From contig DVNW01000003.1 in the NCBI GenBank assembly GCA_018714105.1, forward strand, positions 18,265 to 82,264: 64,000 bases of DNA, given 5' to 3'. A program made the position numbers and the translations under genes. Position 1 is the stretch's first letter; every line of letters starts with the position of its first letter. Of the stretch, positions 28,743-38,367 are shown piece after piece. The notes beneath the pieces were generated by a model. The model did not search any database and was not told where the DNA came from. It worked only from the letters and a program-made list of their open reading frames with translations. Source of the DNA: Candidatus Faecicola pullistercoris. GTDB lineage: Bacteria > Bacillota > Clostridia > Christensenellales > CAG-917.

Positions 28743-30329
28743 ATGTTAAGTTTCAGAAAGAAAAGAAAAGAGGAAAACGCGGCCGAAGAAAAAGAGGCCG
28801 CAAAGGAATTTGACGCGTCCGTAGCGGAAGCGCCTTCCGTCGGGTTGCCGTCAGAGTCGGCAGGGGCGGAGGAAAACGGGGATTTGAACGGCGCCGTCGA
28901 CCTGATTTCCGAAAAAGAGGGAGAGGAAGAAGAAAGCCTTACGGCCGACGCACGGGCCGACGGGGACGGCGTACTTGCTTTTGCAGCGGAAGAGCCGTCC
29001 GCACCCGAGGCTGCCGTCCGTCCCGAAAAGGCGGAAAGCGAGGGACCCTCGTTTGAAAGCCGCCAGCTCGAACTCGACGCCAGAAAGAAGGAAAAAGACG
29101 GAGAAAAGAAAAAGCAGGAAATATTAAGCCGTATTCACAACGAGCGGCTTACCGAAAGGGAGATGGCGGAATATACGGCCAAACAGGCGGTAGAAAGGAT
29201 AGAAGAGTTTTCCAGAGCCAGATATTCGGGCACGGACAACGAGCGCCTTGCCGCGCAGAAAATAAGGGACATCGTAGAGGAAAGCACGGGGCGCACAGCC
29301 AGACTCGAACCTTTTAACGTGTGGCCTTTTGCCGGAAGGCTGGGAATACCCGTATACGGAATGGCCTATCTGGCCGTGCTTTTGCTGTATATCATATATC
29401 AGCCTTTGGGAATAGTTCTTATACCCGTTCTCGCCGCGGTTATGCTGGTGCAGATAAGGTATAACGGCAACGTGTTCAGCAGGCTTTTCCCAAGAAAGAC
29501 CTCGTACAACGTCGTTTCCGAATACAGACGCGGGGACAAAACCGTCAACACCGTTATACTCGGCTGCCGATACGATACCGATTACGACAAGCCCGTCGAC
29601 CATTTTCTGGGCAGGCACAAGACCAATCCCAAGGTCAAGGAAACGGGCATCTGGCTTATCCTTATAAGCATGGCGCTGACGTTCGTGTTTGCCGTAATAC
29701 TTTCGGCCGTCAAAAATCCGCCAAAGGCGCTTAAAATAGTTCTGTTGCTGATAAACGTAATCGTATCCGGCCTGGCGATAGCCTATATGGCTACTTATTT
29801 CAATTATTTCAAAGACGCAGCGAGAGAAAGCAGAGAGGGCCTTTCCGGCCTGGGTATAGGACTGGCGATTATGAAATATTATACTCTGCATCCGTGGGAA
29901 CTGCCGGACGGAACGAAACTTGTGTTTGCCGCTTTCGGTAGTTCGTTTGCGGGGAACAAGGGCAGCGAAGCCTTTATCAAGGCGCACAGAAAAGACGACC
30001 TTTTGGTAAAACCGCTTATCATCGACCTCGACAACATGCTGGACGGCGAGTACGCCGTAACGGTTGCGGATACAGGGTTTAAAACGGATTACAACGCAAA
30101 ACTCTGTTCGGCCGTGGCGGAAGGAATCAAAGCGGGCGGCGGACAGGTTATAAAGGAAAGCAGACACTTTTATTACAACGACGCTCTTCCTTTCGCGAGG
30201 AAAGGCTATGCGGCTGTTTGCGTCAGCAGAAAATCGGGACACAAAAAGCAGGAATACAAGGACTGCGCGGACACTTATTCGCAGATGCTTGCCGCCGTAA
30301 GGGAAAGCATAAACGGGCTGAAACAATAG
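28743..30329 (+). CDS. Membrane protein with degenerate M28 peptidase-like fold and acidic N-terminus
   Basis: SYNVV, VILGCRYDT, FAAFGSSFAGNKGS, IIDLD, NDALPF resemble M28 segments; four TMs. Confidence 0.55.
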   Translation: MLSFRKKRKEENAAEEKEAAKEFDASVAEAPSVGLPSESAGAEENGDLNGAVDLISEKEGEEEESLTADARADGDGVLAFAAEEPSAPEAAVRPEKAESEGPSFESRQLELDARKKEKDGEKKKQEILSRIHNERLTEREMAEYTAKQAVERIEEFSRARYSGTDNERLAAQKIRDIVEESTGRTARLEPFNVWPFAGRLGIPVYGMAYLAVLLLYIIYQPLGIVLIPVLAAVMLVQIRYNGNVFSRLFPRKTSYNVVSEYRRGDKTVNTVILGCRYDTDYDKPVDHFLGRHKTNPKVKETGIWLILISMALTFVFAVILSAVKNPPKALKIVLLLINVIVSGLAIAYMATYFNYFKDAARESREGLSGLGIGLAIMKYYTLHPWELPDGTKLVFAAFGSSFAGNKGSEAFIKAHRKDDLLVKPLIIDLDNMLDGEYAVTVADTGFKTDYNAKLCSAVAEGIKAGGGQVIKESRHFYYNDALPFARKGYAAVCVSRKSGHKKQEYKDCADTYSQMLAAVRESINGLKQ

Positions 30330-30343
30330 CGAAAAACCAAAAT

Positions 30344-30372
30344 AAAACTCTTCCCCGCCGGGAAGAGTTTTT
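30344..30372. terminator. Bidirectional terminator
   Basis: AAAACTCTTCCC-cgcc-GGGAAGAGTTTT. Confidence 0.75.
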
Positions 30373-30384
30373 GCGTTACGGGTA

Positions 30385-31548
30385 TCAGATGTCGAGTTTC
30401 ATGTCGCCGTCTTTTATATGGCCTTTCTTGCGCATGAGAAGGCATACCGCCCAGCTTATCACCGCAGGCAAGACGAACAGCAGCAGAATTATGCCCAGTG
30501 CCAGAGTCCAGTCGTTTATCACTCCCTTGCTGGCGTCTATGGTGCCGAACACGCCTACAAGACCGCTTGTACCCATGCCGCCGCCGGACGCGTTACATCT
30601 GAGCTTGAATACGCAGGTCGATACGGGACCGAGTACGGCGCTTGCAACTATGGGCGGAATAAAGATTTTGGGATGTTTCATTATATTCGGGATTTGCAGC
30701 ATGCTTGTGCCCAGGCCCTGAGCTATAAGTCCGCCGAATCCGTTTTCGCGGTAGGACATTACGGCAAAACCTACCATCTGACAAGCGCAGCCCACTACCG
30801 CCGCGCCTCCCGCAAGCAGCATGGCGTCGCTGGTATTGGTAGCGGCTATGGACACCCATATGGCCGCCGAAGAAGTGGGCATTGTAAGCAGAATGCCCAT
30901 TATAACCGCAATTATCACGCCCATTACGAAGGGCTGAGCCGTCGTGGCAAGCTCGATCCATGTGCCGAGCAGCTCGGTAAACCTTACGAAGGGCCATGCG
31001 ACGTAAGCCGCAAGTATGGACGAAAGCATGCAGGTAAGCGGAACGAGAAGAATATCAAGTTTGGTTTTTCCCGAAACGAGGGAAGACAGTTCTATCGCTA
31101 TAACAGAGCACACGTAAGCGCCTATCGGATTGCCGGGCAGGGCTTTGGAGAGAAGCGCGGTTATATCCGAAAGCGTTCCTCCCGTAAACGCGGCGCCCGC
31201 GCCTATGAACTGATTGGAAAACGCGCCTATAAAGCCCGCGACTATGGAAGCGAAAACCACCATTTTGGGCGCTTTCAGATGAGAGGCTATGCCCGCGCCT
31301 ATGCCCGCGCCCATAAGTATCGAGGCAACCTGTCCCGCAAAATACAGTATGGCGCCGAAAGAATTGTCAAGGCCTATGAGTTCGCCTATCGTCTTTAATA
31401 TCGTACCCGCTATCAGGGTTACGAAAAGGCCCTGCGCCATGCCGCTGAAAGCGTCGATGAAATATCGTTTTAAAAGACGTTTTGCCACCGCGCCCCAGCC
31501 TTTGCTGTCGGGATATTCCCACGATTTTTTAAAATTGGATTTTTCCAT
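30385..31548 (-). CDS. PTS EIIC-like (PfoR/PF13303-type) membrane protein
   Basis: GMAQGLFVTLIAG, LDILLVP, PTSSAAI, AQGLGTSMLQIPNI, GMGTSGLVG. Confidence 0.8.
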   Translation of the reverse strand: MEKSNFKKSWEYPDSKGWGAVAKRLLKRYFIDAFSGMAQGLFVTLIAGTILKTIGELIGLDNSFGAILYFAGQVASILMGAGIGAGIASHLKAPKMVVFASIVAGFIGAFSNQFIGAGAAFTGGTLSDITALLSKALPGNPIGAYVCSVIAIELSSLVSGKTKLDILLVPLTCMLSSILAAYVAWPFVRFTELLGTWIELATTAQPFVMGVIIAVIMGILLTMPTSSAAIWVSIAATNTSDAMLLAGGAAVVGCACQMVGFAVMSYRENGFGGLIAQGLGTSMLQIPNIMKHPKIFIPPIVASAVLGPVSTCVFKLRCNASGGGMGTSGLVGVFGTIDASKGVINDWTLALGIILLLFVLPAVISWAVCLLMRKKGHIKDGDMKLDI

Positions 31549-31746
31549 TTCTTGCCCTCGGAAAAGTATTTAAGTAGAATATAGCACAAACACGAGGGGA
31601 CAGTCAAAGAAATAAAATAAAAATGACAAAAAAAAGAAAATAGACAAAACCGCGGTCGGTGTAGACGATTAAATGCGCAACCGTTCGCAGTCAGCCGTTC
31701 GGCAAAGAAAAATGCGCCTGACGGGGAACAAAAATTAAAAAAGGTA

Positions 31747-31775
31747 TTGAAAAAGATAAACGGATATGTTATGAT
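31747..31775 (+). promoter_or_regulatory. sigmaA promoter of the aminotransferase-transketolase operon
   Basis: TTGAAA-N17-TATGAT with TG extended -10. Confidence 0.65.
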
Positions 31776-31809
31776 TAATTCAATAATTATATAATAGGGA
31801 GGTAGTTCT

Positions 31810-32565
31810 ATGGACAATGTAACCAAGGCAAAAATCAATCTTTTTGCCGTATTACGCAACATGCAGGACCTGTGTGAAATGGACGCGCAATCCAAAGAAC
31901 TCATTAAAGATACCAAATTGGCGGTAGAGTTCAACGTACCCGACGTAGGCAGTGCGGTAATGAAGTTCGAAAACGGAAAATGCACTTTTACAAAAGGCAA
32001 GGGAAAAGCGGGTTTGAAATTATGGTTCACTTCGGCCGAGCATTTCAATAAACTTATCGACGGGGAAAAGACGGTACCCATTTTCATAAACGTTTTCAAA
32101 GTAAGTTTTCTTACCGGAATATTTACCAAACTGGCGGAACGCCTGACCTATTATTTAAAACCGACGGACGAGCTGCTTAAAGACGAGGATTATTTCAGAA
32201 TCAATACATACCTTACCGCGTATACCGCGTTCCACGCCCTCTGCGAGATAGGCAACAGCGACGAAATAGGCAAACTTAACGCGAGCAGAATTCCCGACGG
32301 CGAAATTCAGATGACCGTCGACGGCGGACCGCAGATGGTTATATCGGTAGACAAAAAGCATCGCCTTACGCCCTCTATCGGCACCAGCGCCAACCCCAGG
32401 GCTATTATGAGATTTTTCTCTTTGAAATCCTGCAACGACATTTTGAACGGAAAGTCCGATATATTCTCCGGACTCGGCGGCGGCACCTTTATGATTAAGG
32501 GATATCTGCCGATGTTAGACAATATGAGCAAACTGTTAAGTCAGGTAAGCAGATATTTGGCATAG
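31810..32565 (+). CDS. Hypothetical protein, tandem SCP2-like (lipid-binding) domains
   Basis: GGAGG RBS; two units of strand-strand-strand, xFxS-helix, ending ILNGKSD...GGGTFMIKG...L as in SCP2 folds (by eye). Confidence 0.55.
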   Translation: MDNVTKAKINLFAVLRNMQDLCEMDAQSKELIKDTKLAVEFNVPDVGSAVMKFENGKCTFTKGKGKAGLKLWFTSAEHFNKLIDGEKTVPIFINVFKVSFLTGIFTKLAERLTYYLKPTDELLKDEDYFRINTYLTAYTAFHALCEIGNSDEIGKLNASRIPDGEIQMTVDGGPQMVISVDKKHRLTPSIGTSANPRAIMRFFSLKSCNDILNGKSDIFSGLGGGTFMIKGYLPMLDNMSKLLSQVSRYLA

Positions 32566-32577
32566 GAGGTATTTGAG

Positions 32578-33858
32578 ATGAAATTTCCGATTAACGAATA
32601 TAAAAAGAGTAACGAACTGTATCAGAGGGCTCTTAAAGTAGTGCCCGGCGGCGTTTACGGCCACCTCGGCCCGTCCGAAGGCTGTGCTATACCCATTTCG
32701 GCGTTTCCCATATTCTCGTCCAAAGCCAAAGGAGCTTACTTCTGGGACGTGGACGGCAACAGGTTTGTGGATTATATGTGCGCTTACGGCCCCAACGTGC
32801 TGGGTTATAACGATCCCGACGTCGACGCGGCGGCCGCGGCTCAGCTCAAAAAGGGCAACTGCGTCACCATGCCCGGCGACGTAATGGTTCCTTTTGCCGA
32901 ACTTATGTGCGATACCGTAAACATGGCCGATTGGGTGGTTTTTGCCAAAAACGGCGGCGACGTTACTTCATACGCGGTCATGATAGCAAGGCAGGCAACC
33001 GCCCGAAAGAAAATACTTATGATAAAGGGCAGTTATCACGGCGTTGCGCCCTGGACGCAGAAACTCGGTCACGGCGGCATTATCCCCGAGGACGTATGCA
33101 ACAACCTTTACTGTACCTTTAACGATATAGAGGATTTCAAACGCGTAGTAGAAGCCAACAAGGGCGAGATAGCCTGCTTTATAACCACGCCTTATTCTCA
33201 TCCCATATTTACCGACAACGAACTTCCCAACGAAAACTGGTATAAAGAAGTACGCAGGATATGCGACGAAAACGGCATCGTGCTTATATTCGACGATATC
33301 CGTTGCGGTTTCAGGCTCAACGTAAAGGGCAGCGACTACCATTACGGCGTAAAGGCCGACCTGCAATGCTTCTGTAAGGCTCTCGCCAACGGATACAACG
33401 TATCCGCACTGTGCGGAACAGACGCACTCAGGGGTTACGCTACCGACGTTTACTATACCGGCTCGTACTGGCTGTCGGCCGAACCTTTTGCCGCAGGTAT
33501 CGCGTGTATTTCCAAAATGCTGAATACCGACAACTGGGGCGGAAAGCAGTTCCACGAATATATCAGGGCAAAAGGCGTAAAATTGCTGGACGGTCTCGTA
33601 GACGTGGCTAAAACCAACGGGTTCGACCTTGTAGTATCCGGCGAACCGGCGATGTGGTATATGCGTCTTAACAACGATTACACCACCATGTTGCATCAGG
33701 AATGGGTTGCCGAATGCGTCAAGAGGGGCGTGTTCTTCGTAAGCCACCACAACCACTTCATCAACGCGGCCCTGTCAGACGAGGATATTCAGTTTACCCT
33801 CGACGTTGCCGACGAAGCATACAAGGTAGTAAAGGCAAATCATCCTGAATTAGGCTAA
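32578..33858 (+). CDS. Class III PLP aminotransferase, FumI (aminopentol aminotransferase)-like
   Basis: PGGVYGH, DYMCAYGPNVLGY, ADWVVFAKNGGD, GSYHG, FDDIRCGFR, CFCKALANG (PLP Lys), TGSYWLSA. Confidence 0.8.
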   Translation: MKFPINEYKKSNELYQRALKVVPGGVYGHLGPSEGCAIPISAFPIFSSKAKGAYFWDVDGNRFVDYMCAYGPNVLGYNDPDVDAAAAAQLKKGNCVTMPGDVMVPFAELMCDTVNMADWVVFAKNGGDVTSYAVMIARQATARKKILMIKGSYHGVAPWTQKLGHGGIIPEDVCNNLYCTFNDIEDFKRVVEANKGEIACFITTPYSHPIFTDNELPNENWYKEVRRICDENGIVLIFDDIRCGFRLNVKGSDYHYGVKADLQCFCKALANGYNVSALCGTDALRGYATDVYYTGSYWLSAEPFAAGIACISKMLNTDNWGGKQFHEYIRAKGVKLLDGLVDVAKTNGFDLVVSGEPAMWYMRLNNDYTTMLHQEWVAECVKRGVFFVSHHNHFINAALSDEDIQFTLDVADEAYKVVKANHPELG

Positions 33859-33952
33859 AAACAAGGGTTTATCTTTGAATTTGCAGAGATAAACCCTGTT
33901 TATTTGCATTAATAATCAATTATTACAGACATATTTTAAGGAGGAAACATTT

Positions 33953-34822
33953 ATGGCTTTAACAAAAAAAGAATGGGTTGCCCTCGAAAACAAAGCCGCC
34001 GACCTCAGAGAGCTTTGTTTGGATACCGTCAAATGGGCCGGCAGCGGCCATATGGGCGGCAGCTTCAGTTCGGCAGACATTCTTACTCTTCTGTATTACA
34101 AATACGCTAATTTCGACCCCAAGGATCCCGAGAATCCCGACAGGGACAGAATAGTGGTTTCCAAAGGGCATATAGGTATAATACTTGCCCCGTTGTTCGT
34201 TCAGCTGGGATTGCTTGACAAAGAACAGCTCAAAACCTTCAACCTTACCGGAAGCAAACTGGGTATCCACCTCGACTGCAACAAGGTTAAGGGCTTGGAC
34301 AGCTCGACCGGTTCGCTCGGTCACGGCTCTTCGCTGGCGCTCGGCATGGCTCTCGCCGCCAGGGTAAAAGGTCAGAAATACAAGACCTTCCTCATACTCG
34401 GCGACGGCGAATGCGACGAAGGCTCCGTATGGGAAGCGGCCATGGCTACCGCTCACTTCAACGTAACCGACCTTATCACGATAGTAGACCGTAACCACAA
34501 CATGATAGACGGCAATACCGAAGACGTCATGAAGCTCGAACCCTTCGCCGACAAATGGACGGCTTTCGGATTCGAGACCATAGTAGTCGACGGGCATAAC
34601 ATGAACGCTTTGTCCGAGGCTCTCGACAAGGCATTCAAGGCAAAGGACAAACCCGTCTGCATCATTGCCGACACCGTAAAAGGCGAAGGCGTTTCCTTTG
34701 CGGCCGGAAATTACAAATGGCATTACGGCGCGCTTGACCAACCCAAGTACGAAACGGCCAAAAAAGATTTGGCCGAGCATCGCAAGATGAGAATCGAAAG
34801 AGCTGAGAAGGAGGGAATTTAA
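33953..34822 (+). CDS. Split transketolase, N-terminal (ThDP-binding) subunit
   Basis: SGHMGG, RDRIVVSKGH, STGSLGHG, GDGECDEG, DGH, TVKG. Confidence 0.92.
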   Translation: MALTKKEWVALENKAADLRELCLDTVKWAGSGHMGGSFSSADILTLLYYKYANFDPKDPENPDRDRIVVSKGHIGIILAPLFVQLGLLDKEQLKTFNLTGSKLGIHLDCNKVKGLDSSTGSLGHGSSLALGMALAARVKGQKYKTFLILGDGECDEGSVWEAAMATAHFNVTDLITIVDRNHNMIDGNTEDVMKLEPFADKWTAFGFETIVVDGHNMNALSEALDKAFKAKDKPVCIIADTVKGEGVSFAAGNYKWHYGALDQPKYETAKKDLAEHRKMRIERAEKEGI

Positions 34823-34824
34823 TC

Positions 34825-35835
34825 ATGGCTGGCGGATTAACATATACGGCGGTTGAAAGTACCAAAATGGCAACCGCGGAAATTTACGGTAAAACTCTTG
34901 TCGAACTGGGCGAGGAAAACCCCAATATCGTTGCTCTTACGGCCGACCTCGCTGGTTCTACCAAAATAGGCGAATTCAAAAACAGGTTCCCCGACAGATT
35001 CTTTAACGTCGGTATCGCCGAGCAGAACATGTACGGTACGGCGGCGGGTATGGCGAAATGCGGGCTTATTCCCTTTGCGTCGTCCTTCTCCGTTTTCGCG
35101 AGCCTCAGGTCTCTCGATCAGATTCACACCGATATCTGCTATCAGAACGTAAACGTTAAAATCATCGGTACGCACGGCGGCACCTCTTTCGGGCAGGCGG
35201 GTTCCACTCACCACGCCATCGAGGACTTTGCCGTTATCAGGGGCCTCGTAAACATGACGCTTATCTGTCCCGCGGACGGTATCGAAACGGGCCTCGCGGT
35301 AAGGGCTGCCGCTAACACCCCCGGACCGTTCTATATCAGAATAAACAGAGGTTTCGACCTTACCGTTTACAACACTTCGGATTACGGCTTCGAGGTAGGC
35401 AAAGCCGTTAAAATGGTTGACGGTACCGACCTTACCATCATCGCGTGCGGCTCTTGCGTATATCAGGCGGTTCAGGCTGCCAATATTCTGCAGCACGACC
35501 ACAAAATCAGCGCGAGAGTTCTTAACATGCATACCCTTAAACCTATCGACAGGGAAGCCATACTCGAAGCGGTTAAGGAAACCCGCCGTATAGTTACGGT
35601 TGAGGACCACACCGTTATAGGCGGCCTCGGCAGCGCCGTTGCCGAAGTTGTTGTCGAAGGCGGCAAGGCCTGCGCTTTCAGAAAGCTCGGTTTGCAGGAT
35701 AAGTTCTCTGCAATCGGCCTGCACGAAGACCTTATGGCTATGCACGAAATCGATGCCGAAGGTATCGTTAAAAACGTCCTCGAACTTATGAAGATGGACT
35801 TCGAAATGGACGAGGACTGGGGCGACGAGGTATAA
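34825..35835 (+). CDS. Split transketolase, C-terminal subunit
   Basis: ADLAGST, GIAEQNM, GSTHHAIED, TVEDH, GGLGSAV. Confidence 0.92.
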   Translation: MAGGLTYTAVESTKMATAEIYGKTLVELGEENPNIVALTADLAGSTKIGEFKNRFPDRFFNVGIAEQNMYGTAAGMAKCGLIPFASSFSVFASLRSLDQIHTDICYQNVNVKIIGTHGGTSFGQAGSTHHAIEDFAVIRGLVNMTLICPADGIETGLAVRAAANTPGPFYIRINRGFDLTVYNTSDYGFEVGKAVKMVDGTDLTIIACGSCVYQAVQAANILQHDHKISARVLNMHTLKPIDREAILEAVKETRRIVTVEDHTVIGGLGSAVAEVVVEGGKACAFRKLGLQDKFSAIGLHEDLMAMHEIDAEGIVKNVLELMKMDFEMDEDWGDEV

Positions 35836-35839
35836 TACT

Positions 35840-36676
35840 ATGGCAAAAGAAGTTAAAATCACTCAGGACGATTTGTATGCGGCCAGGATATTCTTTTATT
35901 CCGCTCTGCCGCTGCTGAAAGTCATTGCCGAGAGTGAGCCCAAATACGGCGACAAATTCAAAGGCAAAAGTTTTGTATTCCAGGTATCCGCGGCGTACGA
36001 AGGCGCGGAGGGCGGCAAAATGGCCACGCACTTTGTCGTTGAGGACGGAGTATGGACCACTTTCGTAGGGAAAGCGCACGAAGCGCCCGACGTTGAGTTT
36101 GCCTTTTCCGATCTGAAGAAGTTTATAATATTCTTCTCGGGCAAGGGTATGCCTCTTCCCAAAATCAAAGGCCTTACCAAACTCGGAGTGCTTGTCCCCA
36201 TACTCATGGCTCTGCTCAGAATGGCCGGGCTTTTGCAAGCGAAGGACGCACCCAAAAAGGACGAGGATCAGCAGATGCTCGTAAAACTTTACTTCTATCT
36301 GCTGCCCAACGGAATATCTCAGCTCAACAAACTCGGCCACCCCGAGGCCAAAGCCTTTACCGGGCCCAGCCCCGACCGCGCTTACGCGTGGGAAGTAACG
36401 GGTTATCCCGAGCTTAAATCCTGGCTCAGGATAAAGGCCGGCAACAGCAAGGCGGGCAGAGGAGAATATCAGCGTTGCAAACCCTTTTTGACCATGCGTT
36501 TCGACAGCACTCAGCATGCCCTCGACATACTTATGTCCAAAGGCGATATGATAGAGTACATGTCCAAAATGTGGCTTATTATCGACGGCGCGCCCGAATT
36601 CGGAGCCGTGCTGGGAGACCTTATGATGCTTGTAGGCTACTATGCCCAAGGCACTTATTTAGACGCGGCAAAATAA
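35840..36676 (+). CDS. Hypothetical protein, tandem SCP2-like domains
   Basis: HFVVEDGV...PDVEFAFSD and MRFDS...DILMSKGD...IIDG units parallel 31810..32565. Confidence 0.5.
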   Translation: MAKEVKITQDDLYAARIFFYSALPLLKVIAESEPKYGDKFKGKSFVFQVSAAYEGAEGGKMATHFVVEDGVWTTFVGKAHEAPDVEFAFSDLKKFIIFFSGKGMPLPKIKGLTKLGVLVPILMALLRMAGLLQAKDAPKKDEDQQMLVKLYFYLLPNGISQLNKLGHPEAKAFTGPSPDRAYAWEVTGYPELKSWLRIKAGNSKAGRGEYQRCKPFLTMRFDSTQHALDILMSKGDMIEYMSKMWLIIDGAPEFGAVLGDLMMLVGYYAQGTYLDAAK

Positions 36677-36687
36677 ATTTAAAAGTC

Positions 36688-36715
36688 AAAAGCGGGGTTT
36701 TAAGCCCCGCTTTTG
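36688..36715 (+). terminator. Intrinsic terminator ending the transketolase operon
   Basis: AAAAGCGGGG-ttttaag-CCCCGCTTTT. Confidence 0.7.
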
Positions 36716-36733
36716 CACAACTTAAAGGTTAAT

Positions 36734-37348
36734 ATGGCAATAAATTCATTGATTCTTGCGCTGACCGAGGCGCAAAGCACGGGTATTATGATGGGCGTTA
36801 TGGCCGCCGTAATACTCATTTTACTTGTTATCAAACTGTTGGGTACCTCTTACGGCGACCAGCACGTTTCCGACGGTTACCGCTTTATGAAAGAAGGCGA
36901 CTACGACAAGGCCGCTTTCCATTTCGAAAAGGCGATAAAGTCGGGAAAGTTCAAAAAACTTAAAATCCACAACGCTTACGAAGGTCTTGCGGAAACCGAA
37001 CTTTATCGCAAGAATTACGACCGCGCGGCAGAAAAGGCAAACGAAGCGCTTCTGCGCCATACGGAAGACAGCGCGGCGTATAACATTCTCGGCAGAGTGT
37101 ATTCCGAACAGGGCGACAGCCGGAAAGCGGTGGAAATGTTTCTCAAGCAGAGTCAGATAAAGGAAGATACCGATTGCTACGTTCTTCTGGCTTTCGAATA
37201 CGCGAGACTGGGCGACGAAAAGCAGGCAAACATAGCCGTCAACAACGCTCAGCGGCTCAAACATCCCGATATTAAAGAAATGCGCAAGGACATTAAGCGC
37301 ATCCTGAACGAGTCAAAAAGAAAAACCTCGGCAAAACAGGAGAAATAA
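36734..37348 (+). CDS. Membrane-anchored TPR protein
   Basis: One TM followed by TPR-like repeats (GDYDKAAFHFEKAI; AYNILGRVY..QGD..KAVEMF). Confidence 0.75.
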   Translation: MAINSLILALTEAQSTGIMMGVMAAVILILLVIKLLGTSYGDQHVSDGYRFMKEGDYDKAAFHFEKAIKSGKFKKLKIHNAYEGLAETELYRKNYDRAAEKANEALLRHTEDSAAYNILGRVYSEQGDSRKAVEMFLKQSQIKEDTDCYVLLAFEYARLGDEKQANIAVNNAQRLKHPDIKEMRKDIKRILNESKRKTSAKQEK

Positions 37349-37350
37349 AC

Positions 37351-38292
37351 ATGGTTAAAGCAGTAATTCTCGACGGGCATACAGTGAAGGGCGAGGACCT
37401 GAACTTCGACGCGATAAGGTGGCTTGTTGACCTTACGGAATACGACAATACCTCAAAAGAACAGGTAATCGGCCGTGTAAAAGGGGCTGAGATTGTGTTT
37501 ACCAACAAGGTGATTATAGATAAAGAGGTTATGGACGCCTGTCCCGAGCTCAGGTTTGTCGCGGTTTTCGCCACGGGCTATAACGTCGTGGATGTTAATT
37601 ATGCCAAAGAAAAGGGCATAACGGTCAGCAACGTACCCGCTTACAGCACGGACAGCGTCGTGCAGATGACTTTTGCGCTTATTTTGGAACTTGCGGTGCG
37701 CGTCAGCGTACACGCCAAAGCCGTTGCCGACGGGGAATGGAAAAGCTGTCCTTATTTCTGCTTCTGGAAAACGCCGCTTACCGAACTCAGCGGAAAAACC
37801 CTGGGCATAATAGGTTACGGCAGCATCGGCAAAGCCGTGGAAAAAGTAGCAAAAGCATTTAATATGAATGTGCTTGTACACAACCGCACGCCATTTGCGG
37901 GAAGCGTGGAACTCGAATATCTGCTGGAAAATTCGGATATAGTCAGTCTGCATTGTCCGCTTACGGCCAAAAACGCGAAAATGATAAACGGCGACGCTTT
38001 GGCTAAAATGAAAAAAACGGCTTTTCTGATAAATACGGCACGAGGCCCTCTTGTGGACGAACAGGCGTTGTATCAGGCCCTTAAAAACAAGGATATTGCG
38101 GGAGCCGCTCTGGACGTCATCGAAAAAGAGCCCATGGCGGCGGACAACAGGCTTGCCGAGCTTGACAACTGCGTCATTACGCCGCATATAGCATGGGCCA
38201 CCAAAGAGGCGAGATCGAGGCTGATAGAGATAAGCGTCCGAAATTTGAAGGGCTACCTTGACGGAAAGCCGATAAATACGGTAACCGGCTGA
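37351..38292 (+). CDS. D-2-hydroxyacid (glycerate/hydroxypyruvate reductase-like) dehydrogenase
   Basis: ATGYN, NVPAYST, GIIGYGSIG, HCPLT, INTARG, TPHIAW. Confidence 0.9.
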   Translation: MVKAVILDGHTVKGEDLNFDAIRWLVDLTEYDNTSKEQVIGRVKGAEIVFTNKVIIDKEVMDACPELRFVAVFATGYNVVDVNYAKEKGITVSNVPAYSTDSVVQMTFALILELAVRVSVHAKAVADGEWKSCPYFCFWKTPLTELSGKTLGIIGYGSIGKAVEKVAKAFNMNVLVHNRTPFAGSVELEYLLENSDIVSLHCPLTAKNAKMINGDALAKMKKTAFLINTARGPLVDEQALYQALKNKDIAGAALDVIEKEPMAADNRLAELDNCVITPHIAWATKEARSRLIEISVRNLKGYLDGKPINTVTG

Positions 38293-38367
38293 AACCCAAA
38301 TCCCCGCGCGGGGATTTTTATTTTGAAAAAAGGAATGGTTTTAGGATTATAGCGCATAATAACGCCG

